63,214 bases of DNA from Hydrurus foetidus (lineage: Eukaryota): assembly GCA_900617105.1 (NCBI GenBank), contig UYFQ01000779.1, positions 186,001 through 249,214 of the forward strand, in the 5' to 3' direction. Positions within the stretch are counted from its first letter, which is position 1, and every line of letters starts with the position of its first letter. This document shows, one piece after another, positions 9,805-22,295 of the stretch. The translations under genes were made by a program, and so were the position numbers. The notes below the pieces were generated by a model that saw nothing but the letters and a program-made list of their open reading frames with translations, was not told where the DNA came from and did no database searches.

Positions 9805-11780
9805 CTAATATTCTCTTCAAACCTGTTCTTGGCTTGTTTCAAAATTCTCAATGCATTTTTTGCTTGCTTAGCAGAAAGAGCTGCTTTACGATTAGCTAAT
9901 ACACCTGTTATAACTCAGCTTTCTGTCAAAAGGAGTGAAACAATTATTTTCTTTTGCCCACTTTGAAAGTGCAAACCAAACTTCACCCTTTATTTTCATT
10001 GCTTCATCAATCATCCTTGATTCTTGTGGTGAAAGTTCTTGTCCTACCAAATCAGTTTCAACATAAGTGTCAGCATCTTTTCTGATTTCATCATTGATTG
10101 AATTTGTGTCAATGAATTTATCTTTCAATGTCAACCAACATTCTTGTTTTCTGCACCACTCACCAATGTTCATCCCAACTTTGATGGAGTGTTAATGTGC
10201 TTCCAAACAACATCAATCATTTGTTCAACAAGGTTGTTAATAGATTCAGAAATAATTTGATTCTCCCAAATTGTATCAAGATTTAATTTCTTATTTGACT
10301 TGTATGAGAGCCACGCAAGGATATAGGAAACCATATTTGCCTTTATATCCGCTAGATTTCTTTTGCAACTATTTTGTCAATCTCTTTGAATAGAATCGCT
10401 TTGCAATTAGGCGTTGATAATATTTTGCCAACTTCATTTTTTCTGTTGCTAATTCTTTAGTGAAAATTTTAAAATTATTCTCAGCACCCTTGCCAACATC
10501 GTAGGGTCTCTGCCACCAACTCATTTCATATTTAGATAAACTGCTTTTGCAAATTTCTGTTTCTTCGATATCAAATAATTTTGCTTCTTTATTAGTCCCA
10601 CTGATTTTTCATCGAGGTATTGGCCTCTTTGCTCTTTCGTAAAACCATTTATTTGTTGCTTTGCCACCAGCTTTGTTGGCACCCATTCAGTTCTTGAGAA
10701 ATTTTCATTGCTATATGGTAATCGCTATTTGAATCGAAATCAGAATTTTAATTATAGTTTGTGTATTTGCAAAACGAGAAATTTTTGGAACAATATATTC
10801 CATTTCTTCTTTTTCTGTATTACAGAAATTTTCATTTGCACAAATACTTTAGTCAAATCGTATTTTTTCAGTCGAGGTTGGTAAAATAGAAGCCGTCGTT
10901 TGCCCGCCATTTACAACTTGTAAATTTTTCAATTCGTGTTATATATGGAACACCATCTTCATTCAACATCAATTTTCCGCCGTCGTGGAAATTCCATTGT
11001 TGTATGCAAAACATATCTGGAAATTCTCTAATTGTCTCTCGATTCCTTGATTAACTTTTGCTTTGAACTGCAAAATGTTCTGACGTTTTTTTCAAGCAAC
11101 CCTTGCCTATATTTACCATAAATCTGTGCAAGTATTTTCCTGGTATTATTGCTAGATAAGCATCAACTTTTTCGCTTACCCTATCCATATGCAAACATTT
11201 TTAGTTTGTGGTTGAAATCATTTAGGAAATCACTTTCGATTTTCTGCTTGCCCGAACGAATCAAATGTTGCTGGTAAATCCGTTCAATATCCCACAACTG
11301 AAAGTCAATGTAAATTTTTTCTTCCTTGCATCTGAACTATCTCTGCCGTTGCTTGACCATTGAAAGAACAAAAATTTAACCGTCTTAACGTCATTTTTGA
11401 TTGCTCAATAATCTGAACCAAATCGAAAATTGCATGCATCAGATTCATCAACCTTGCCAGAAAGTTTTCCTTCTCTTGCTGCCCAGAAAAATTTCAGCTT
11501 TCTAAAGCATCCCTAACATCTTTATCAGAAACTTTTGTCAAGCGTTGTTCACTTTGAAAATGCTTACGAACAAGTCAATAGCCTATTTTCTTCGTCATAA
11601 TTCCAAGCGTTGATTTTAATTCTCTCACTTTGTAATGGCACACCCAAAAGCAACACTTCACCAATCAATTGCATAATCAAGAATGTCATTTGTGATTGCA
11701 TCCCTTGAGAAATTTTTTCATCCTCAACGGTGATTAACGCACCTTCTAAAAAGTCAATTGCAAATTCTGGATAAGTTCAT
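9805..11780 (-). CDS. AIPR family protein
   Basis: LLEKNVRTF, FAYNNGIS, LQVVNGGQTTASI, WFYERARGQY-like and NIGEWCRKQECW motifs. Confidence 0.9.
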
Positions 11781-11785
11781 AGTTT

Positions 11786-12780
11786 CTAAATGAGATTTAT
11801 AATGTCTGTTTCAATTTCAAAAGGAGTGCAAGCAGCAACCACAACGGAATATTTTAAATCACCAACTCCATCGGGTAAATTGTCTTGTAGTAATCTTGGG
11901 AAACCTTCAACCACTTCAAAGAATTTCATTTCAAAACTGAAAAGCCAATTGTGTATTTGTCTGATAAAATTTCATTGTAACCATACTTCGCCAACTTTAT
12001 TTGAAATTGAAATAAAGCAATCGGTTCGTCTTGAATGAGTAAATGAATTTCTCTTATCAGTGCAGGCAAAGTTCTGTCTGGCATATTATTGTGCAAGTTC
12101 AAAGCAAACAATGAAAGGTAAAGATGTTCAAGCCCTGTGCTATCAAGTTGCCTCTCTGATGAGATTGTAAATTTTTTGTGCTGCTTGCTTGAAGTTGTTT
12201 TACTTCAACTGCATTATTCATTATTTGGAAATCGTGATTTGTTCTTTCAGAACCTGTCCAATATAAAAGCGATTCTGTAAACGAATATTTTTGAAACAAA
12301 TAATCTCTAAGGAAATGTAATTCTCCTACAAGTCCTTTCTGACTTCCAATGGGAAGAATTTCATTTTCTTGTTTCTCAAAAATATTTTCCACTCATTTAA
12401 AACTCTTGTCAAAGTAGCATTGAGATTTATTCTGTTCTGCAACCGAATTATTTTGTCGCACAAATCTGAAATGACTAACTCAAAATATTGTCGGTGTTCG
12501 GAATGGATTGAGTGAATTTTATAAACTCACAATTATTGAATTCGCCAAGGATGTAACAGCAATTGAAATTTCAAGCCCTCTGAATCGTGGCAAATTATCA
12601 GTGATGATGTCGTGGTCGTTGTCAAGTTTGATGTATAACAAACGAACTCCTTTCTGAAATCAGTTGCAAGGAAAACTGAAACAAACCGTTTGAAGGAATC
12701 CGTCTTGCAATTTGTGGTTGCAATGGATTGCTTCTGGATTCATTATTTATTGACTCCCAAATGTTGTGATAATCAATCAT
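11786..12780 (-). CDS. PD-(D/E)XK motif protein (DUF4420-like)
   Basis: QKGLVGELHFL...WTGSERTNHDF...AVEVK; typical position between Z1 and AIPR genes. Confidence 0.85.
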
Positions 12781-15515
12781 AGCTTGACAATTCTAATTCT
12801 TCATAAACACTGTTTATATCGTAGGTGGATTGTTTAAGGTTATCATTGTTAGGCCAACTGATTGCAAACCAAAGGCATTCTTTCCAATGTCAATAATTCA
12901 GCAGGCAAATCTTCTGTTGCACTGTAGTTTTCAATTAACAACGGATAAATTGTAAGCAACGGTCTATTCAATCTTGGTTCTAAACTTCTAAGTGCTTCAC
13001 TGGTTGCTGTTGTTTCAATTTCAAAATCTATTTTCTCATCAACATTGCTTACAATTCTTCTTACAAAAGTCGGTTGTTAATGAACTCATCTTTGATTGAC
13101 CTTGTAAGTGGCTTTACTGCTAAACTCCAACTTGAACTTCTTCTCTGATTCGTTCTTCTAAGTGAAGCTAAAGCAACATTCCAAACATCAAGAATTGTAT
13201 TTGGGTCTTGACCTTCTGCTTGCTTGTTAATGAATTCAACAATTTTTCTGTGTTTGATGCTGGTGCACCTCTGAAAGAAATGTATTGTCGGAAAAATGAA
13301 ATCACTTCACTCTTGGGAACATCAGTCCATAAGTAACTGCTATTTTCTTTCGGGTCAAAAGTATATTGACTTAATGATTGAATAAATGTTTCAACGGCAT
13401 TGTAATTATTTATAGAATTGACCTGTCGCCAGAAATTGAAGATGTTTCTGTAAGTCGTCCTTTGTAACTTAACGGCAATGTGGTTGCGTGTCTCATCTTT
13501 CTTATACTGGTTGCCATCATGTCGGGATGAGATAAAATTCTCAAACCAAAATCCATTGGTGTTGCTCTTTGCCTAATCATTTCAAGAAAATCTTTTCTAA
13601 GAAGTTCAAATGCAGTTGAAATATCTCTATACCAACCAAACAGAAAATCAGTTGTGTAAATTCTACATAAATCTTCATAGCCAGCTCTGTAACCAAACCA
13701 TCTTCCCATCAAAGTGTATCATACAAAGAACTTGCTCTTGTAAAATAACTTACAGTTAGTCCTTCTAAAGTTAAACCTCTGGAAAGTTTGTCTCCACCAA
13801 TTACAATTATGCTTAGTCCGATGCTCTGGGTTTTGTAATCAAGAATATCTCCCGCACTTCCGTTTATTATATGTGGTCGTCTTTCCATTTTTAAAACAGC
13901 AGGGTTAAGTGTTCTCTTACTTCTTCCCACGTGTTAACTGTTGCTTCCATTGCTGCACTGATTCTTACATAATCTCTTTCAAAAGAATTCTGAATTCTTC
14001 AAGTACATCAACATCAGAATTTATAAGTCCATTTCTTAATCGGTTAAATTCTGTGTCAACATAAACTCCGATTGCGTTTTGAATATCATTAAATCGTGTA
14101 CAGTGAATTAGCATTGTGTTGTGTCTGCTTCCTTGCCCTCTCAATCTTCTTATTGCAGATGTAATGATGAAGATTTTATTGCCTCTCTCATTGATTCAGA
14201 ATGTGATTCGGAACATCTGTTATCCGATGTCTCAACGGTAAAAACTGAATGTTCTTGCGAAGCATCATTCACTGAAATGTGAATCGGATAACCTCTTTCA
14301 TTTTCGTCATTATTCAAACCAAACACTTGAACTGGCCCAAAATAATTTGATGGCGGTTCCATTGAAATAATAAAAGAAGATGAAATAAATCTCTGCCGTA
14401 AGTTGTGTGGTCGGTTTCGTGTTGAATAAAAATATTTGCAAATGGCGTTGCTGTATATCCTATATACGCTTTCTGATTAAAGAGATTTAGTAGTTGCCTG
14501 ATATTTCTATTTATCGAAGTTGGGTCAAGTTCTCCATCCTCGTTGAATTGTGGGTTTGCATCTACTGATGCTTGGTCTGCTTCATCATCAATTAAAGCAA
14601 AAGGAAGATTGTTCAACATTGGTGGATTGTCTCCAACTCTTAAAACATATTCGTTGCCTATCGTGTCTGCATTCAGTAAAATATCTGATAAGGTTTCTAA
14701 GAACAGAAACATTTTCTGACAACTAAAAGCATTGGTCTGTCTGACCCTGGTTGAACTCCTCCAAGTTGCTGTGCAAATGCTCTTGAAAAATCTCCTCCAT
14801 CATCTTGCGTTGTGAATGTGTCAACATTGATGTAACCTTCGTTTGGCAAGTGGTAACTCCAATTCTCCTTACTTGTGCTTGGTCGCTTGTGTCTCTGCCT
14901 ATTACTTCCTCGTCTATACGCATCTGCGTTTGACTTCTCAAATTTTTGTGCATTCCACTCAACACAACAATCACCCTGTAACCACTGTCAATTGCTTTAT
15001 TGATTACACCTGTGTAATTCGCTGTCTTCTGATTGCACATAACCTACAACTAATCCTCTGCGGTCAAATGCTCTGTTACGGTCTGTTGGGTCTTCTATTC
15101 TTTCAATGATGTCGTCTGTAATTTCATCAAGTCGGTTTACTGTTGCTTCTGGCCAATTTTTAATGTTCAATAAATATCTTCTGTAACGATTCCAAAATCT
15201 GAAATCAATTCTGTTCTCTGCAACTTTTTCACGATACCAAGGTTGGTGATTTCTGTTGTCTGTGAGTGTGTGATAATCTCCTGCCTCTACACCTTGATTG
15301 ATGTTTACTTCATATTGAAGTTCTCCAAGCAACTGATTCCTTAATTCATCTTTTGAATTAAAAGTAAGTGTCGGATGAAAAATGTTTGCAATGTCTATCG
15401 GTTCTAAAACCGTGTTAATTGCTCTTTCCATTGCCTCTTGATATGGCGTAGGGGTCTTTGAATAACTCGTAATTGTCTTTGACAATACTTTTGAAAAGTT
15501 GTATGGTCGTGTCAT
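12773..15515 (-). CDS. Z1 domain-containing SF2-helicase-like endonuclease subunit
   Basis: GYVQS(G)KTANY, LRSQTQ.RID, IDDEADQAS, YIGYTATPFANIFI, GGDKLSRGLTLEGL, MGRWFGYR motifs. Confidence 0.92.
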
Positions 15516-15516
15516 T

Positions 15517-16963
15517 TTAATTTATGTTTAGTTGCTGAAAGCATTCTATTTTATTTACTTTTCAATGGCTTCATTTTTTGATAAACCTGCTCACGAGGGC
15601 TGCAATTGTGTTCTGATAAATTTCTTTGAGTTCGGGTTTTGAATCTTCAAAAATCTTTCATTGTCATTGATGGGTCTGAAAAATCATTCACAATAAAATT
15701 TATTGGTAGCGATTCACCAATGAGTTTTATGTAGTCGTTAAAATATAAGCATCCCTTCAAGGTATTCAATGATTAACTGATAAATCAGATTGAACTTTAT
15801 TTATCTCATAAAGCGTTTACCGTGTTTCTGTTTTGCTTTCCACAGATAAACGATTTCTTTTTTTCTCCTTTTTCTTTTGATGTATGCACCTCGTTGTGTG
15901 TAAACCTTAATTGCCTTGTCAAGTGAAGTGAAACAAATGTTTTAATCCGCTTGCGGATTACATCGAAATTTTGCTGATGCTTTCTTTACATCAATTTGCC
16001 ATTCAGTGTCAAGCGTATTTGGAATGTCAATTCTAATTCTACAAAGTCGCTGACTTTCTTTTTCTAAAATCAAGGTCAAGCCAAGTTCCGTCTGCAATCA
16101 ATCTTTTGTTGCGATACAAATAGATTCCTTGATGCTCAACCCAACCTTTTATTATTTCTAAATTCTTTCGTTCCTTCTCTGATAATTTTGACTCGTGTGG
16201 AAGAATGAAAGGTTGAATATATGTGTTGTCTATTTATTGAAAGTTGTTCTTCCGCTAATTCCAATGATGGAACTTCACTGGAAACATTGAAAGGATTTAT
16301 CGGTTCAATGTCTGTGTCAAGAACTGTGATTGAAATTTTTTCTTCCTCAATGAAGCGATGAAATGTGATTCCTAAATGCTTTCTCACATTGTCAAACTTG
16401 CGGTAAAAATGTTCTTTGTTAGAAGTGAGTTCACTGATTCAACCAACCTGTCCAACTTCTCCCAAAGAATGATTGTGCCTGCACCATCAAAGAAAAACAC
16501 GAAAGGTTTTCTCTGAAATCTTTCTGCACAATCAGAAGTAAAACCCAATCTTTTTTTCTGCAACAAAATCTAAATCCCAACACCTTATGAATTCCTTTCC
16601 TGATTTGTTTCTTGTTTTTTACTGTCAACCTTCTGCACTGTGAAAATGATGCTGTTTTAATCCTAAACCAAATCTTCCTAAATCATTTTCGTGTCTTGGT
16701 AGTGATGGATTGAAACTTCCAATCTTCATTGCTTTGGACAATTCTTTTTCTGTCATTCCTTTTCCGTTGTCTTCAATTCTTACGAATGAAGAATAACGGT
16801 CAATGCCATAAGTGATTTTTATTTCAGTGGCTTTGGCTGTTATGCTGTTATCAATTAAATCTGCAATCGCTGTGTCAACAGAATAGCCGAATGACCTTGC
16901 CGACTGGAGAAAACTCTCTGGTTCTGGTCTTGCAATTTCATATTTCGGTTCCTGCTTTGCCAT
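15517..16963 (-). CDS. MORC/MutL-type GHKL ATPase
   Basis: RSFGYSVDTAIADLIDNSI, IEDNGKGM, DLGRFGLGLK, GTIILWEKLDR, HLGITFHRFI motifs. Confidence 0.92.
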
Positions 16964-16967
16964 TTCT

Positions 16968-17669
16968 TTATCGCTTGCGAATTATTTTTTCAAATCGTCA
17001 GCATTGAGCAAGCCAAAATTTTGTCCAATGCTTTGTGGCAATTGCTACAAACAATTATGAAATCTTCCATTGAACTTGCTTCAAGCCCTGGTTCTGTTTT
17101 CAATTCCTTGTTGTAATGAATTTCCATCAAATCATTTCCTAACTCTCCAAAAACAGAAACAGAATTGTAGCCACACACTACACTTTAAGGTTTAGAATTT
17201 GTCAGCACCATTTCTTTTTTAATCTTATTTACCAATGGGTCAGTTTCTCTGTTCTTATGAAACTGAAATAGAAATTCTGATTTGTAATTTTACTTTCGGT
17301 TCGGATGCAATTGATTTCTTTTCTGATTTTGGTTTCAGATAAAGCTGTCTGATAAGGTCTGCTTCCTTTTTAGTTTATCACGATGGCGGTGAAATTCTTT
17401 CCATAATCTTTTCAAGTTTGCCTCCGTCTCTCATTCCTATTCCTTGAAATTTTGGTCTGACTTTTTAAGTTGGCTAACTTCAACGCAACACTATTTACAC
17501 TGCGGAAATTTTCTTTGTTCGGGATTTCAGTATGAATATTCAAACTCCTAAGTTCTTTGCTTAGTTGAATTATTTCTGGATTCCTTCCGTGCATTTGTCC
17601 GTAATCCATTCGGAAATACAAATCAAGTGCAAGGATTATTTCCTCTCTGTTCCAGTCGGGGTTTCTCAT
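16968..17669 (-). CDS. HNH endonuclease (McrA-like) with N-terminal DNA-binding-type domain
   Basis: MRNPDWNREEIILALDLYF...SVALKLAN; C..CGY...EIHY...IVCSNCHK zinc-finger HNH layout. Confidence 0.8.
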
Positions 17670-17670
17670 A

Positions 17671-18711
17671 TTACTTGTTTTGAATTTTAAGATGAACAAA
17701 TAAATAGTGAAGCAAAGCGTAACCTGTGTTTACACTCAAAGCATTTCCTGCTTGCTTGTAAAGTTGGTGTTCGCTTACACCTGCTGCAATTGCTTTGTGG
17801 TAAAATGTTTTGCTGAACTCTTGTAGCTGCAAGGCTTCTTTTGGTGTTAATCTTCTCACTGGTTTTGAAAGAATTTCTTTGCGGTTTCCTTATGTGATTT
17901 TCCTTTCTGTATGTAATCATCAGAATAGTAATTGTCTGACAAGCCCTGTGCATTTTACCATTGTTGCAGTGAGTGTTCTTGCAATGTCAAGGTCAATTTG
18001 TGATTTGCTCCAAAAGGTTTTGTTCCTCCATCAAGTATGGTGTGTTTGATTCTTTCAGAGAGATAATATTTTGTCAACTTCTTTTTCCAAAATATCCAAC
18101 ACATTTTTGTAAGTAGTGAGTGAATGATTTTTTATTTTCTTGAAGTTGTCAATGATTGCTGTGTCTGTTAAGTCAATGTCCAAAGGTCTTTGCTACACAC
18201 AAAAAATATTCTTGCTCTTTTCTGTGGCAAACCAAAATGTTGTGAATCAAGAATTACATAGTTGGTGTATTTGTATTTATGGTCTTTGAAAAACTTTAGG
18301 ATTTCATTCAGTGTGTTTCCTTTATCGTGTCTGATAATGTTTCTCACATTTTCTAATACTACAAATTCAGGTTCTTTCTTTAGAAGTTTATCAATGCTGA
18401 AAAGAATTTTCCTCTTTCATCTTCAAGCCCTAATTTTTTCCAAGCAAACTGAACGACTGACAAGGAAAACCGCCAAGCAATAAATCAATGTCGTCCATCA
18501 ATTTTATTTGCTTGTTGTCCTCAACAAACTGTGTGATGTCTTGCATTCTTGTTTCACCATTCAGTTTGTAGTTGTGGCTGTAAGTCTTAATTGCATATTG
18601 GTCAATCTCTGAAAAGCCAACACACTTTAATTTCACATTTGTGTCTCGTGAAATATGGTCGGCTGCATTTCTAAAACCTCCAATGCCTGAAAATAATTCT
18701 GCGTATTTCAT
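17671..18711 (-). CDS. DNA (cytosine-5)-methyltransferase
   Basis: ELFSGIGG (motif I), GGFPCQSFS (IV), ENV (VI), QKRAR (VIII), RRLTPKE (IX), KQAGNA (X). Confidence 0.93.
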
Positions 18712-20050
18712 CAATAGTTTTTCTTTAGTTCGTTTGCAATTACTTCTGCAAGTTTTACTGGAACTGCATTACCAATTTGTTTATACCAATCATTCAACGC
18801 ACCCTAAAACATAATCATCTGGAAAAGTTTGTAACCGTGCAGCCTCCCGTGGGCTTAACCTCGTGCTTGTTCGGGATGAATATACATATGACAATCGTAT
18901 TTCATATGTGATGTAATCGTTTTAGAAACTTCATTGCTTTTCAGCTTGTAATATTTGTCTTTAAAATATGATTGCGATTTGTGTAGTTGTTTAAATGCTG
19001 AATGCTTTTATGTAATGAGTTTCCACCTTCCGGCAGTAACTGAAAAATTTTAAATCATTCTCGTTATTGTATCGTGATTTGTGGTTGAATAAATAAGCAA
19101 TTTCCTTGTCCTTATTTATTTCTTTTAAGAATTTGTTCTGTTTCACCTTAAGTTTACGGATCATAAAGCCGTGAATATCACTTTCAAACTCTGTGTTTAG
19201 TTTTATTGGGTTCGTCCTATTTTAGGCAAACCAAACAAAGCATCAGCAAGCTTGTATTTGCTTTTTACAGTTCTTTTATGTAGCAATATGTTTTCAATTT
19301 GTTTGATAAACATAAAATTTTTCCCTCCAACTAAAATGTACCTCCGTCTGCTTTGCGGTATGTCAAAACTTTGAGCATCCACTTCAAGAGGAATGAATGA
19401 ATATTCTTGATTGGTTTCGTTTTGTATATCTTCCTCTATCTGTTTTCTACTCTCATCATTCCCTTTACATTCTCCATTATAAAAAAATCGGGATTGATTA
19501 AGCCAAGTAGTTTTACAAAGTATTTATAAAGAGCATTCTTTCGTCTTCGATAAATCGTTTCTCCATTGTTTTTCAACTTCAAAGTTCCATCTGTTCGCTG
19601 TACTGAAACCTTGACAAGGAGGGCCTCCGCAAATAATTTTACTCCTATGAATAGGTGTTTGTAGGAGTTAAAATTTTCAACTAAATTTTTATATCCCCAT
19701 TAAAAACGATTTAACGGTAAAGTGTGATTGAAATAATAAGTTTCAAGTGAAGTAGTATAATTGTCATTTACGAATGCTGGCTGAAAACCGGCATTGATTA
19801 AACCTTGACTTAAACCACCAGCACCACTGAAAAATCTGCAAACAAAATACCTTTCGGTTCCTCTCTTAGTTCGGTAAATATTTTTTAGTAAGGGATGGTT
19901 TATACCATTGTTTTCTCTAATAGTAAAATATAAATTATTTAATTTAGTGAACAATTGATTTCCCAATTGTTCTTGATAATCATCAGAGATGTTAGACGAT
20001 GTTGTGGAAATTATTTTTATATTCTCTTTTTCTAACAAAAATGAGTTCAT
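18711..20050 (-). CDS. Second DNA (cytosine-5)-methyltransferase with ~70-aa N-terminal extension
   Basis: FSGAGG, GGPPCQGFS, MEN(V), QSRRR, HPEQAR..SPREAARLQTFPDDY, KQIGNAVP; stop overlaps the next start (TGATG). Confidence 0.92.
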
Positions 20051-20094
20051 CAGCAAGTTTTTACTCTTACTCTTGAAACTCTTTCGATGAAAAT

Positions 20095-20508
20095 TATAGT
20101 AAAATTCAAGCATTAATTTTATATCTATGGTGTTTTTCCAACATAACTTGATTTTGTATTTCCAGATTACAAAATATTTATTATCCAAACTTTTATAGTT
20201 TAATCAAGCTTTCCTCATCATCTGCAATGTTAGTAATAATTCTATATACCTAGAAATTTGTTCTGTACTACAGGTATCACAATTTCTTTGTATCGTTTTG
20301 AGCATATCAGAAACAGGCTTTTACAAATTTTAAAGTTTTGTATTTTGGCAAAACAATATCGGGCTTGTCGAGCAGTTTTTATTGTGCAGAGTCTATAGTA
20401 ATCCGCTTGAGAAAAGAAATTTTATTATAAGCATTTCAGATTTTGTGTTTTACTCCTTATTCTGCTCATATTATAACTTCTCACCTCTTTGCTGTGAACA
20501 TCTGCCTT
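20095..20508 (-). pseudogene. vsr: Decayed very-short-patch repair endonuclease
   Basis: ADVHSKEVRSYNMSRIRSK...KPDIVLPKYKT; the canonical FVHGCFWHGH reads FVKACF*YAQ; no ATG at the expected start. Confidence 0.8.
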
Positions 20509-20878
20509 TATAATTTTTACCATATAAATCTAAGGGATGAAGGTCTTTTAAAACATTTGTCAGTATATGTAAATTTCTACCGGCTATGTTAACATCCTGT
20601 AAATATGTATAAGCGTATTTTGTTATGATGCTTTTTCTTCAACAATCATCTTTCAACCAATGGCATACACGAGAGCATAGTTAAACCATACTTGGAGTAT
20701 GGAAAGGTATGAAATAAACTGAACAAATGCAAACCACATTTCTTCTTCCGATACCCTGTCATTTTACACCTCACCATTTGTCAAATACCCACTCAAGGCG
20801 AAGGGTCGACGAACCATCGACGAACGTACATTTTGGCATTAAAAGTAAAGTTTTTCGGTACAAGATAGATAGGTTATA

Positions 20879-20935
20879 ACCTAAGTTATACCTAAGTTAT
20901 ACCTAAGTCATACCTAAGCCTTATAAAGCCTTATT
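20879..20935 (+). repeat. 11-bp tandem repeat (ACCTAAGTTAT-like, ~5 copies)
   Basis: acctaagttat acctaagttat acctaagtcat acctaagcctt ataaagcctt. Confidence 0.85.
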
Positions 20936-20964
20936 AATACAAACAATTGACTTCTTCAAATGGT

Positions 20965-21031
20965 AGTCACTTCAACGATAGAAGAAGCCTGCTTCAATGA
21001 GATTTCTCAGGCAAGAACCTTCGAAATGACG
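20965..21031. repeat. REP-like palindromic element (GTCA...GAGATTTCTC...TCGAAATGAC family)
   Basis: Same family as the elements at 8906-8979, 22255-22288, 23533-23570 and 23628-23700. Confidence 0.75.
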
Positions 21032-21039
21032 AAGCGAAA

Positions 21040-21152
21040 CACCCCAGAACTACGTTCGTAACCTTCGTAAAAGCGTTGCTTTTTCTCGAGAGCGATGCTC
21101 GTAACCTTCGCAAAAGCTTTGCTTTTTCTCGGTTATCTCCAAGGAGGGAATT
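21040..21152 (-). repeat. C/G-rich REP-like element carrying two 43-bp units
   Basis: Reverse complement: aattccctccttggagataacc-gagaaaaagcaaagcttttgcgaaggttac-gagcatcgctctc-gagaaaaagcaacgcttttacgaaggttac-gaacgtagttctggggt. Confidence 0.92.
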
Positions 21153-21214
21153 TAAACCTTATGTTCCGAAGCATCGGAATTTATGTGTTTGTGGTGGATT
21201 GAGATGCTATAGGG

Positions 21215-21431
21215 TTATACTTTTATGCTCAATGCTCCCGATGGGCATTTGCTTACAGCAGCCACTATTTCGGCACTGGTGGCATTATCTATTTTACCCA
21301 GGGTTGCTCTTTGGGTTGAAACACTGCCGATAAATTTTAACACAATTACCCGAGTGTATGCACTTGCCCGATTGCCAAACAACAGTGATATCGCCATTGC
21401 TGTATTCTTTTGTTAAATTGTTTTTATCCAT
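21215..21431 (-). CDS. Divergent 4Fe-4S mono-cluster protein (YjdI-like)
   Basis: KEYSNGDITVVWQSGKCIHSGNCV...VFQP...PW...VSKCPSGALS. Confidence 0.85.
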
Positions 21432-21442
21432 TGTATATAGTT

Positions 21443-21721
21443 TTAAAATAATACATCTTGATAGTCTGCCACTTTATCAAACACCTTTTTGCAAAGGGCA
21501 AGGGGCATAATTTTTACCTGTTTCTCTCGGGCAAATTCAACTGCTTTATACACCAGTTGTTTGCCAATACCCTTGCCTTCTAGTTTTGGGCTCACTTCGG
21601 TATGATCTATAATAAACTTATTGCTGCCTGCCCAAACGTAGGTCATTTCTGCCAGCAATTCGCCTGCTTCTTCTACATAAAAAGAGCCTTTGTTTCCGTT
21701 GTCTTTTTGTTGAATATTCAT
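21443..21721 (-). CDS. GNAT family N-acetyltransferase (YjdJ-like)
   Basis: AEMTY...IIDHTEV...GKGIGKQLV..AVEFARE. Confidence 0.88.
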   Translation of the reverse strand: MNIQQKDNGNKGSFYVEEAGELLAEMTYVWAGSNKFIIDHTEVSPKLEGKGIGKQLVYKAVEFAREKQVKIMPLALCKKVFDKVADYQDVLF

Positions 21722-22127
21722 TTATAAAGTGGTTTGTATTACAATTTTATTTTCCAGAATTTTAGACACCGGGCATTTGGCTGCTATTTGCAATAGTCTT
21801 TCTTTTGTTCTGTGGTAATGGGATCTTCAAAACTGATATCTCTTTCAAAAGTAGTGGTAAATACATCATTATTTTCTTGATACATATTCACAGCTACATT
21901 GATAGTATGAATTGACCAGCCCTTTCTATCAATATACATTCGCAGGGTAGATAGTGTGCAGGCAACCAAAGCACTCAGCAATAAAGTGTAGGGTCTGGTC
22001 CCAAGTCTTTACCACCAACGCTTTCTGGTTCATCGGCAATGATAACTCCATTACGCCATTGAATACTGGCTCTGTACTTTTCTTGTGTTATTGTGCCTTG
22101 TATAGCTTTTTCTAATGCGTATTTCAT
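21722..22127 (-). CDS. OsmC family protein
   Basis: ADEPESVGGKDLGP...LVACT..TLRMY..RKGW...KCPVSKIL. Confidence 0.88.
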
Positions 22128-22147
22128 ATGCTGATAGATAGTGGTAA

Positions 22148-22155
22148 CAAATATA
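22148..22155 (-). promoter_or_regulatory. Bacteroidota -7 promoter element TATATTTG for osmC cluster
   Basis: TAnnTTTG ~20 nt upstream of the ATG. Confidence 0.55.
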
Positions 22156-22295
22156 GGAAAAGGGCTAGTGGAAGTAGCAATTGGTAAATAGTTAGTGGTA
22201 AATGGGAAGGAGTAGGGAGGTTAGGTGGGACGTTCAATGACTGAAAATGTTTGATGAGATTTTTCAGGCAAGAACCTTCAAAATGACGAAGCAAA

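Noticed and set aside
20520..20800. Possible control (C) protein gene upstream of the restriction locus
   Set aside because: I could not recognise an HTH or any coherent ORF here.
21076..21333. 85-aa plus-strand ORF
   Set aside because: Spans the 2-unit repeat and is antisense to the YjdI-like gene.
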